From assembly GCF_022539665.2 (NCBI RefSeq), contig NC_081332.1, positions 2,728,001 to 2,792,000 on the forward strand: a stretch of 64,000 bases of DNA. Reading direction: 5' to 3'. How positions within the stretch are numbered: the first letter of the stretch is position 1; every line of letters starts with the position of its first letter. The DNA comes from Daphnia carinata (taxonomy: Eukaryota). The notes under the pieces are model-generated. The model did no database searches, was not told the DNA's origin, and saw only the letters and a list, made by a program, of their open reading frames with translations. The position numbers and the translations under genes are program-made. Shown in pieces: positions 52,580 through 64,000 of the stretch.

Positions 52580-55500
52580 ATGACCAAGGATAGATTAGCA
52601 GCCCTCAAAGCTGTAAGCTTACATACATTGTTGATTCATCTTTCATGATTTCCCTGTAAACAGCCACTTTATTGTATCTTTTCCCATTTTTGCTGATCCA
52701 GGCTCAGAGTGAGGATGACGACACAGGGCCAGATGATGTGGCGGTCACCGTGGAGGCCCAGGATGGATATATGGAGGCCTTCTTTGCTGAGGTAAACCAC
52801 AATTTCCTTTCACATTTCTAGCGAAAGCATTTCCTGGAGCTACATAATGTCTCATTCTATATAGTTTTGTAATGAACAGGCTATTAACATAGCAAGGCCA
52901 ACAGTTGAGTCAGCACTAAATATGCACCTGACCATTTTCATAATGTCTGAACACGAATAACTTTGGATGATGGTATCCCGGTAAACGAGAAAGAGAGACG
53001 AATAGGAAGGGTGGAATTCATTAGCCATAATTGTGTTTACGATAGCTCTCATTCATATTAGTAGTCGTGTCTTTTGATAGCGACGGAGAAAGTCGGCCAA
53101 TAGTAGCATAATGACATAGGCGCGGTGGAGTCGTCCCTTGTTGGTCGTTGATGAATCGCAGATGGAATTGCATCAGTCCATGCATTATGGCCCCAGTCTG
53201 TCACGAAAACTGTAGGAAAAGCTTTTTTTTTCCCGTTTGTGTCTTAGTTTGCCTGTATTATTCCAAACAAACTTTTCGTCAGTGAGGCTTCCTCCCATCT
53301 ACGGCTGCGCAATACACTTCTTATCAACAAAAAAAGCCGAAAAGGAAGAAGGGAACCAACGCTTAAAGAATCTGTAGTTTGCAAGGTTGTGACGATGAAC
53401 AGTTTACTGTAGGGGTAGTATTGGTAGCATAGGCGTTTGGTAATTGATCGGAAGAAGAAGATCGATCTGACGTGAAGCTTTTGCTCGTCACGAAGGAAGG
53501 GACTAGGCTGTCTGATTTTGGTGCAAACGCTTTCAAAGCAAACGAGGGCACGAGAAGGTCGTAGGACTTTTGCGGGAGGTGGAATTCGTTTTTATGCCCA
53601 CAGTCTGAAAAAGTCCGTTCTGTCATGCCAATTTTGCTGTTTCAGCCAATGGATATCGGCCGCAAAAAGGGTGGGTGTTGGGAAAGTCGACATGCATGAG
53701 TGGGCACCCTATCGCGTTACTACGTACGTAGCCCAGTGATCAGCTCCGCGCTCCTTTTTTTTTCCTCTTTCTTACACTTAATCTTTCTATGCGTCAGCAT
53801 CCACAAGGCATGAAATCCCCTCAACCACCTCGTCAAGCTTATGCAACGTCACTCTATCAAACCTTCATCTTTTGCGTCCTCTTTCAATTTTAGATCTCTT
53901 TGAAAGAAGAAATTTTTTAAAAACTTTCTTTCACGGGTGGTTTTCGTTTTCTTTTTGTTTGTCTGAATTGTGACGGCCTCTTACACATACTCACGCACCA
54001 GCTCCTCGTGTGCCAACTCGTAACCTTCCCGAAGTCTGCGGACAATTTGGAATCTGGCCGAATTTCAAATAACACCCCTCACCTCATTTAGCCTTACAAT
54101 GCCGAGTGTGGAATCTCAAAAGGAACAAAAGATTCGAAAAGACGAGAAGGATTAAACAGAGTTAAATAGGGGAAGTAAAGCATTCGATCAAATTTGACCT
54201 TTTCATTCAGACTTACTGAAACGCCCTAAAGTCTCAGATTTTGTTTTGGACTCTCTTGTTGCCCAACTTCATCTCCATCCTTTTGGCTATCCTCCACCCG
54301 CGTTTATATGGGACCATCATTACCGTGCCGACGTACAATACTCAGACATACAAAAGACCTACTATCCCGCCCACCACCTCCCAAAATGCGCTATTCGCCT
54401 TCTCATTCTGAATGTGTGTGTAGTAATGCGTGCGCCGCGTAGACAGGCGGGTGGGGTGGGTTTTGTGTGGAACCCAAAGTCACATACATGCACATCGATC
54501 GATGGCGGCAAAGAAAGAGGGTCGAGACGAGGCACCGCCAACTCCCTTTCTCTTTGCCAGCAGGACCTGAAGTCACGAAAAAGTCATAAAAAAATGGAAA
54601 CCGAATGGTGGAAAAAATAAATAAATAAACGAAAGCCAGTTGCTTAGGTCCGCATTCACTCCTTCCATCTTCTTTTGGTTTTCAATCGTCTTTTTAAAAC
54701 TTTCCTCAGCTGGCCAGCTCTAGTTTTCCGTGGGGGTGCAGTACTGAAAGGGGAAGAAGAACGATGATGATGATGTAATCGATAATCGATATTGGTAGCT
54801 CGTTTTCCTCCCTTTTTTCTTCTTTTTGTATTATCACTGGGATTAGGGGGCTAGAAAAAGGAACAGGAATGGATGGGTGTTAGAAGCGAGAGCGCCGATT
54901 TAAAAAAACCTAAAAGACAGTCACGTTTTAATGTGGGCTGATGAATTTTTAGTGGTCATTATTGGCTGAGATGTGATTGTCATGCACATTTGTGACAGGT
55001 GAACGAGATACGGGAGAATATAGACAAGATACAGGCCAATGTCGAAGAGGTCAAAAAGAAGCACAGTGCCATCTTATCGGCCCCGCAAACGGACGAAAGT
55101 GAGATGATCCTATTCCCTCATGTAGCTTATTACTAATTCAATGTTTTCATGTGCAGAGGTAAAACAAGAGCTCGAGGATTTGATGGCCGATATCAAGAAA
55201 ACGGCCAATAAGGTTCGATCGAAGCTGAAAGGTAAAATCAAATTAAATTGAGAAAAATGGTGAAGAATATTGAAATGATATATTATTGGTTTTATTGAAA
55301 ACAGTCATTGAACAGAACATCGAGCATGAAGAGCAGACGAACAAATCTTCGGCGGACCTGCGGATACGCAAGACGCAGCATTCGACGCTGTCTCGCAAAT
55401 TCGTCGAGGTCATGACCGAATACAACCGCACCCAGACGGACTACCGCGAACGATGCAAAGGACGCATCCAACGCCAGCTGGAAATCAGTACGAAAACGCT

Positions 55501-57721
55501 ATAAAACAATTGGCCAGTTGAGCTGCGCTGACACTTTTTTTTTGTAATTCCTTCCACAGCTGGGCGTACGACTACCAACGAAGAGCTTGAGGAGATGTTG
55601 GAGCAGGGAAATCCTGCCGTTTTTACTCAAGGCGTAAGAATTGATTGACGTCTGTTGTGAAAGTAGGAAAGCAGTTTTAACAATTGTTTTTATTGTTAGA
55701 TCATCATGGAGACGCAGCAAGCCAGGCAGACGCTGGCCGACATTGAAGCTCGCCACGCCGACATTATGAAGCTGGAGAACTCGATCCGCGAGCTGCACGA
55801 CATGTTTATGGACATGGCCATGCTCGTCGAGAACCAGGTACGATTACCGTCCTTACAAGAACAACAACAATTCGCAAACGACGGCTACGTGCCCTGAATT
55901 GTTGTTGATTTTGTTTTTTGTTTTGGCCAGCCTACTAGCGAACTTTTTACGTACGTGTATGAAACGTTGCGATTTAACGTCGTTTGTCTCGATGTGTCGT
56001 TGCGTTTGTAAACGTATAGGGAGAAATGATTGATCGGATCGAGTACAATGTGGAACACGCCGTCGACTACGTGCAGACGGCCACTCAAGACACGAAGAAG
56101 GCGTTGAAGTATCAAAGCAAAGCTCGACGGGTAAGTTGTCATCCATTTTCCCATTTTTTCTTATCGATTTTTCATCTTTATTTAGAAGGTACTTTACGTA
56201 GTTTCTTTCACTTTTGCCACTTTTCACGTTACTAGTTGGCATGTCTCAGAAATTTCTGTAGATTTCATATTTAACGAGTCACGACAACAAAATAGATTAA
56301 AAGTTTTTACAGCAGCCACTAGATGGGCTATGCCGAAATTTGCAGAATGCTTTATTACATTACTATCATTTAAAATATTATTATTCATTTTATTTTTGCT
56401 GTTGGTTTTTTTTATTTTATTTTTTTTTTTTCGGACTTTTTTTTTTTGTTTATTTATTTATTTTTCTCCCGTGTAGAAAAAGATATTTATTATCATCTGC
56501 GTCAGCGTCACTCTGGTCATCGTCTTGGCAATCATCATTGGAGTTACCGTTCCTAGTTAGAAATTTCTTGTATATAATCCCCCACACACAAGACCACGTT
56601 GCGTTTTCCAGTGAAAACAACAAACAAAGAAATGTGTTAAATATTAGCAAAACAAAAATGTTTGAGGTTGAAAAACCAAACAAGTTGTGTGATGCAACGG
56701 CCTGCTGGAATCTGTTGATGGGGAACCTCCGCTGTCTGCCTCCTTTTTCAATGAAAAAAAAAAGATTACTTAATAGCATTAAACACACATTTACAAAACC
56801 GGATAACAAGACTTATGACGCGACGAGAAATAAAAGCACCCCTCCCTTCTGAATTCTTATTATTTTTTTGTTATTTTCCGCGAAATCAATTCGTTCAATC
56901 TTTTGTTTTTTTATTTTATTTCTCGCTCGCTATAGTTGAATTGCATTGTGTATGCACACAGTTTTCATCGCTATTTTATTTTAGGTTGTAATGTACTGGA
57001 ATATCTTTTTTTTATTTCATTTTCGATCCAAAAATTCTTTCATGAGTGTGTCCTGCGAGTTATTTCCGAGCGCATGTATTGTGTGTGTGTGTGTTTTGTA
57101 GAAGAAGAAGGGGCTTATAGTAGGAAGCAGAAAATGAATTTCTTTCACTCTATTGATATTGGCTGTTATTTTCCTTCCTATCTTAACCTTTGCCTGTGTA
57201 CATTTCTTGCTGTACATTAAAGTATAAAACAGCGACAAATTGACTGACGATAACAACTAAACCTATAGTTGAAAAGACAATTTTTTCTCTTTTCATTTTC
57301 CTTTAATAAAAAGACGCAGACGCTACTAATATCTCGGGAAACTGCCTTTTTTCTTAATTTTCTCCTTTTTAGTCGTTCGTATTCTTTCCTTGTTTCGTTT
57401 GTCGTGACTGGAGTTCAAAAGAAAACAATTTTAGCATTTCTTCTTGTTTTGCTTCCAGTATTATCAGTAGATACCAGCAAATGTTTATTTTCTTTAAACG
57501 AGCTAACCAATCTTCTCTCTGTCTCTGTCTCTTTTTTCCGTTGTTCTTTTTCTTTTTCTATTGCCTTTGTGGTAAAACATACTCGACACCTGTCCGTGTG
57601 TGTTTTGCTCTGTTGTTACGCGTGTTGCGGATATTTGCAGAAGAAGATTATGATCATGATATGTTTGGCCATATTGGGCATCATCCTGGCCTCCACCATT
57701 GGCGGATACTTTGGATTGTAA
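52580..57721 (+). CDS. Syx1A: Syntaxin 1A; shared exons from 52580 to 56130, alternative terminal TM exons 56477-56560 or 57641-57721
   Basis: [12 protein letters not shown]-peptide, Habc ([26 protein letters not shown]), SNARE motif ([43 protein letters not shown]), [14 protein letters not shown] + TM anchor. Confidence 0.96.
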
Positions 57722-60700
57722 GAATAAAAAAAAACGAAACAAAAAACCCACCACCTGTCCAATCAAAAGCCTCAAAAGGCTTTTCATGTCCGCCAGCCTG
57801 AATCAGACAACGCCGAGGCAACAAAGAAAAGGCACGAACTACGTCTTCTTCGTTTCCTTCAATAACTTCAAAATCTGTTGTAAAGTAGCCAGAAAAACAA
57901 ACGGCTTTTTCCTTCTTAAGCAAAAAATCGAAAAGGGCCTAACCCTGAAGTCACTCTTCATGTTGCGTTCGTTCATCTTCGATATTTTATCATTTCGAAT
58001 CTTCTGTGTGTTATTGGTTTCCATTTTCCGTCACTACAAGATAAATAAGTATTCGTTTTACAGCGCCAACTCAATGGATTACTTAAAAACTGTCTTCTGT
58101 TGCTTTGGTTTCATTTCAGTTACCTAGTCCATTTCAATTAGTTCAGTCGACTGGTGTTTTTGTTCGTACTTTTTATTCTTCCTTTGTCTCTCACAATCTG
58201 TCGGCCTCCTTGTTCTCCAGTCTCCCTCACACACACACACACAATTGAGAAAATTTTAAACCAAATGAAAACATTAGTTATTACTTCATGTCCCCTCAAA
58301 GCTGCTAAACCTGTATTTTATGGACATTTTTCGTCACGCAGTAGCCTCGATTTCAATGGTTTTTACTTTCTTTTTCTTCCCTTTTTCTGTAAGTATATAA
58401 TGTTGACACATGCATGTGAACCAGTCAGATGTTGATTCAGCTCGGTACTTATATAAATATGATGACAATGTATCTATGCATTTCCCCACACTGGAAGGAA
58501 GGGGTTTGTTACGTTTGAAACCAAAAAAAAAAATATTTACCGAGTAAAAGCTGCTACAAGTTGATGACACCAACATTTTAGGCTAAAAACTTTTTCCCTT
58601 TGTTTTCATTAGTAGACAATTATTTAGTGCATACTACCTATTATAAACGGTTAATCATTCACTTTGTAAACAAATAAAAGTCGTCCCTAAAATAGGTAAC
58701 TTTTTTTTTCCAAAACTCAAATCCCAATCGACTTCCTACGCTGCTACTGCTGCCACATATTGTGGATTTCAGTCCCCGAGTTATATTTGTTCTTCTTTCA
58801 TTTTATTGTTGTTTTATTTTTCGCCACTTCATCCATTCTCCTGCTCTGTGTGTGTGGTATTAAACAAATATAATAATACAGAAAAAATAAAACAAAAAAA
58901 AACACAGACTAACCCACATCATGTCTTCCTAAATCGACTGTAAACATCGTCTGCTTCTATTCAAGAATCATCTTTCAGGTAAGAACACTACTAAGATTCT
59001 CTCTTGTCACTTTGTTTCCCCTTTTCTTGTTCGAGTTTCATACATATAAAAATTATATTGGTGCTTCCTTGTTTATGATTCTTTCATTCGAGCCTTACAG
59101 TACCGGATGAAACCAATGAATCATGCAGATTTTCTGGTTATCAAAATTTCAAAATTTCATATCATTTTTTAGTGTGTTTAGATTAACAAAATTGGCTCGT
59201 TGAGTCATGGAATTTAGATAAATGATGATGTATTGATTTTGTTACTGCTAGAAAGCGAAAGCAAAAAAAAGAGAACCTCCATCAAACTGTTGAGAAGACG
59301 ACGTCATCATGGTTTGTCTGCTAACCGTTTCGCTTTCATCCAGTGTGCTTTTCTCAGTATTTATGCTAACGCAAAATAGATCAAATGAAACCTAACCAAC
59401 AAACAGAAAGCCTTAAAAAGGGAAAAAGAAAACACAAAATCCTTAGAACGTAAATTCTTAAATTCGAAAGGCACTGGAAAACTCAGTTTACTGTTTGGCT
59501 TTTGCAAGAAGTCATTCGTCATGTAGATGGCAAAGAACGCAAACCCAACCAACTGTATATAAATGCAATATTCGTATATAAGCCCATTCGGTAGAGTATT
59601 CTGTTTATTCGTCGGCCTGACATCGATCGCCGTTGCTTTCGTGACGACAACGGTGACAATAGAAAGGGGATAGGTATAAAGCGAGACCCAATCGTCAATC
59701 CTGCATGCAACTGACAGACACACACACAGTTATGTACCACGTTACTACCACAATACTATGAAGTACGGACGCATGACTTGAAACCTCTTTTGCAATCGAT
59801 CGATACTCACATAGAAGATGAAGAGCAAAATCCATACAGTCTCGCTCGTCTTTATGGCCCTTGAGTTCTGCATTCTGGCTTTTCCTAGCCACCTCCTTCC
59901 GGGCGTTTTTCCATTCACGAGAGATTGCCACGTCACATGCGCCAGATCCTTGCTCACTCGCAAAACATTTTATATCGAAAATATCAATAGTCGTTCGTCT
60001 TCTTCTTTCCCTTATTGTTATTATTATTAATTTTTATTTCCCATTAGGATAGCTTTCTGATATACGGATCGCGCCTGCGTGGTTTAAAACGTATTAATGG
60101 TCCTGAAAAGCTCATACGAAATATATTGCTAAGGAGAAGAAATGACAAAATCAACAGAAAGGCAAAAAAATAAATCAAATTTCGATCTCAAGTTTGCTCG
60201 TGGGACCGCAAACAACTACATGCAGTTATTGTATTCGTCCATTTTTCGGTACTAGAGACACGGATGGACTTGAATCAACCGATCAATATGGTTATCCTTT
60301 GTTTGGTCGTGTACGGAAAATGGCCATAAGCGAAGACGCGATCTTCAGGTGAATGAGAAAAAGGTTCAGCAGCGACATATTTGTCCTATTCATTTATCTT
60401 TCAGTCTTTATCCAGCAAGTGGAACAGTACTCTTTCACCTTTTAACATAAAGTAGTCTTATTTCTATTTGTCATAGTCCCTTCAGCAAACAAAGGCTGGA
60501 GGGGGTTTTTCCAGATTCCCCCCACGTTAAAAAAATCACACATAACATGAGATGAGATATGCTTATGCAAGGTTAGTGGCCTGTCGTCCATGGTCACCAC
60601 ATGTGTGCGGAATTCTGAAGATGTTGACAACGAAGTTCCAAATTATTTCTCCTAGACCTACTAAAACTTCTCGTTGTTCAGGATTGTTCCTTCTGTAACA

Positions 60701-60869
60701 TATCTTTTGATCTCTTGCGTGCTAAGAATTAAAAATGTCTCGCAACTGACATAAAACGGAACGAAAAACGAAAGGCAAAATAACAAAATCGAATCTAGCG
60801 CGTTTCTTAACAAGTTACGCGGAACCTATTCCGCGCCCTTTACACAAGACCCCATTCACCACGGCACCA

Positions 60870-60873
60870 CCAC

Positions 60874-60908
<35 letters not shown>

Positions 60909-60918
60909 GGCACACACA
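60870..60918. repeat. Interrupted (CA)n microsatellite directly upstream of the NAA25 start codon
   Basis: cacacatacatacacacaca...caggcacacac directly before TC-ATG. Confidence 0.85.
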
Positions 60919-60920
60919 TC

Positions 60921-63900
60921 ATGGTGTCGAAGATGGCTCCAAAGACGAAACCGGTGGATAACTCTGTCAACGAGAGACGTTTGCGGCCCATTTACGGTAA
61001 TTGATCTCAAAGCAAGGAATTCCTAAATTATGTTACACTCTCCTCAGATACTTAAATACTTCGAAAAATCGTGTTTGACCCGTAATTGTCTAGATTAAAC
61101 TGTCGCTCTACTTGTTTAATTTTCGTAACCAAAATAGATTGGCTGGATAATGGAAACAATAAAAAAGCCCTACAAGAAGCTGAAAAGGTTTTGAAGAAGC
61201 AACCAAACCTCCAGTGTGCCAAAGTATTCTTGCTAAACTTCACATTTAATTAACTGAAAATGTCAACTTGTAAAAAACCTAGGTATTAAAAGCACTTGCA
61301 ATGGTACGCCTGGGGAAATCAGAAGAAGCTCAGATTATATTGAAAGATGTACAATTGGAGGAGCCTTGTGAAGATGCTACTCTCCAAGCCATGGCTATTT
61401 GTTATCGGGAAACACACAGACGTAACAGACAAATACAAACCTTTTTATTTACACAAATTGTAAGGAATTTTGTTACTTTGTATTTCAGCTGAACTAACAT
61501 GCCAGATATATGAAGCTGCTGTGAAAAAAGATCCATTAAATGAAGAGTTTTTGTCCCACCTTTTCATGGGTTATGTCCGTATTGGAGACTATCGAAAACA
61601 ACAACAAACAGCCATGGCCCTCTTCAAAGTTAAACCCAAAAACCCCTATTATTTCTGGGCTGTTATGAGTATCCTTATGCAAGTAAATGTCTTTTGCTGT
61701 TTGTCTTAGAACGTTCATGATGGATATTTTATTCCTTCCTAGGCCTACGTTAGTGACGATACCGTATGCCTTACGATTACCTTGCCACTTGCAGAACGAA
61801 TGATTAAAAAGTTCGTAGAAGAAAAAAAAATAGAAGCTGAAGCTGAGGTACAGTTGTACTTGATGGTCCTGGAGAGACAGGTATTTCCAAGTTGCAGTCT
61901 TTTATTGCCTGGATGTGTATAACCAACCAATGTCCTTATCCAGAGAAAATACCATGAAGCCTTAGAAGTGCTACAGGGGCCGCTATCAGAAAAGCTGGCT
62001 TCTAGCATAATCGAAAGTAAAAAAGGCGAATATCTCAAACAAATGAAACGTTGGGATCAGATGATGGATTATACCGAAGAGCTTTTACGTTCAAATCCTG
62101 ATCAATGGAGCTATTACGTCCATTATGCAGAAACTTTGTTTGAAATTTCATCTCAAGACGTGACCGTAGTTGATCGGGCGAAAACGTTTTTGTTCTCGTT
62201 ACTGGAGCAAGAAAGAATGAAATCGGCTAATAAATTAAGGGGTCCGTACCTGGCAATGCTGTATTTTTGGCAGCAACTTCAACAGCGAAATTTCGATGCC
62301 TCCGCCGTTTTTGGTATTTCTTTCTATCCATTTGATAAAGTTTGGTTGAACATGGATGTTGCAAAATTAATTTATCATAACTTGTTTGTAGGGAACTTCA
62401 AGGAGTTTGCGCAGGAGTATGTGGAAATTATGGGAGACAAACCATGCGCTTTCCAGGATCTCAAACCATTCATTAGAAGCTTACCAGCAGACCAAGTTAC
62501 TGAGTTTCTCGATTGCGTTAATCAATCTGTCGGCTTGGACGACCCAAGTCGTCAGTCACCTAAAACGGTAATAGTTCGTAATAACAAAAAGGATAATACA
62601 AACTATTGTTTTTCTTTAAGGTTAAGCAAATCTGTCGGCATTTGCTGCAACTTCAACTCAATCGCTTTCTCGGGCAACATGATCTATTAGGTAAAGAGGA
62701 GAAAACTCAACTGTCTCGTGAATTATGGGACCACTATCTACGAACCAAATTTTTAAATGTTGGCCTATTAACGACGGATATCAGGTAATTTCTTTCGGTT
62801 ATTTTAAATTACATAATTTCAACGCTACTTTATTTGTTTTTAAACGAGTAGACCAAATGATGGATATGCCTTACTGGCGGCCCACCTTTTGTTAGATACG
62901 TGGAATAATGATCCCGATGTTCTTGAAAAGTGCCTGTTGTTGCTGGAAATGGCCCTTGCCAATAGTCCGGCCAATTATCACCTCAAGTTGCTCGTCACGA
63001 GAGTTTACACACTAGCTGGTAAACACATAATAGTTGTGGCAAATTTCTATGCGTCGATTATTTGTAACCAATGCCTCTAAAGGTCACGGACGAGCAGCTT
63101 TCCAGCGTTACGAGACGTTAGATATTAAATACATCCAATTGGATTCCCTCGGCCATTTGCTCTGTCGACCTCTACTTTCGATGGGATTACCATATACAGC
63201 TTCGCCACTTTTGTCTAGCACATTACGTTTTTACACCACACACGCCAGAGAAGTATTGACACTCATATTATTTATTTAGAAAATAGTTCTTGAATGTCCT
63301 GGTTGTTTCTTACTGAACAGACATCTGAATGCCTGATCTCGGCCTATAAATTTGGCTCTTTCGGGAAGATTCCCGAGTTCACTCAATTCTGCCAGCGGCT
63401 TGACAGCTCGGCCCACTTTGCTTCGGTCACCGCTGAGCGCATGTTGCTTGATTTGCTCCTTGAGAGCAACTCGCATACTAAATTAGTGCAGATGGCAGGA
63501 GGCATGTTCGCCGATCCTGACAAGGATCAACCTGACTGGCAAGCCTGCGTCGATAATCGCGATTGCGGTGTTTTTGTCTCCTGGGAGCCACCGTCCAAGT
63601 ATTGAACAAAGCAAACCAAGTTTGAATAATTTAATATTTTACTCTGATCGCTGTTCTTGTTTGCAATTCCTAACAGAAATTCGCACGATGATATCGTGAA
63701 GACAACGTTTAACGACGAAGTGAAATTCGCTCGGCTACGCAATCGTCTTGTTCACGCCCTTATTGCCACTGTTGCGCTCTCGCCGATTTGGCAGGTTGAA
63801 CATTTTATGCTTTGTCGTTAGTTTTACTAAACAAGCTGCTAGCAAACTGTTGATTTTTCCAGATTGAAGTTCAAGAAACGAAAAGTAGAACGGAAAACTT

Positions 63901-64000
63901 GAACAATGATCAAATAGCAGAACACCCGAGGGATAAGTGTATTTTACCTAAACTGCTTCAAGAACTTGGAATTTTGTTAACTGAGTTGAAATCAGAGTCG
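60921..64000 (+). CDS. NAA25: NatB auxiliary subunit NAA25 / psidin (MDM20), 5' part, runs off the window end; start may be 60921 or 60933
   Basis: [107 protein letters not shown]. Confidence 0.93.

Noticed and set aside
1..64000. CRISPR arrays, prokaryotic operons, rRNA, tRNA or transposase/reverse transcriptase genes
   Set aside because: None seen by eye; the DNA is spliced eukaryotic sequence. Small RNAs could be missed without an Infernal or tRNAscan run.

Overview
Eukaryotic, intron-containing DNA. The very short (about 55-100 nt) GT-AG introns, tight gene packing and arthropod-type genes point to a branchiopod crustacean, probably Daphnia (inference, not verified). The window has two compartments. 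Positions 1 to about 21,100 are saturated with homopolymers and microsatellites and hold one long-intron neuropeptide GPCR gene (ecdysis-triggering-hormone receptor). Positions 21,100-64,000 are gene-dense: an uncharacterised PH+PDZ adaptor (-), aminopeptidase O (+), acireductone dioxygenase ADI1 (+), the LRR protein convoluted/ALS-like (+), TTLL5 (+), ALKBH1 (-), Ashwin (+), a vitellogenin-like lipid transfer protein (-), FBXO47 (-), Syntaxin 1A (+) and the 5' part of NAA25/psidin (+). The most unusual features: ADI1 has no room for its own promoter and begins at a splice acceptor 60 nt behind the aminopeptidase O stop, suggesting two unrelated enzymes made from one transcription unit; a perfect palindromic RFX X-box lies before TTLL5; Syx1A has two alternative transmembrane exons; the ETH receptor lacks the A/B exon duplication; and ALKBH1 and Ashwin sit head-to-head. 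Gene identities come from recalled family motifs and splice sites were read by eye; no searches were run.
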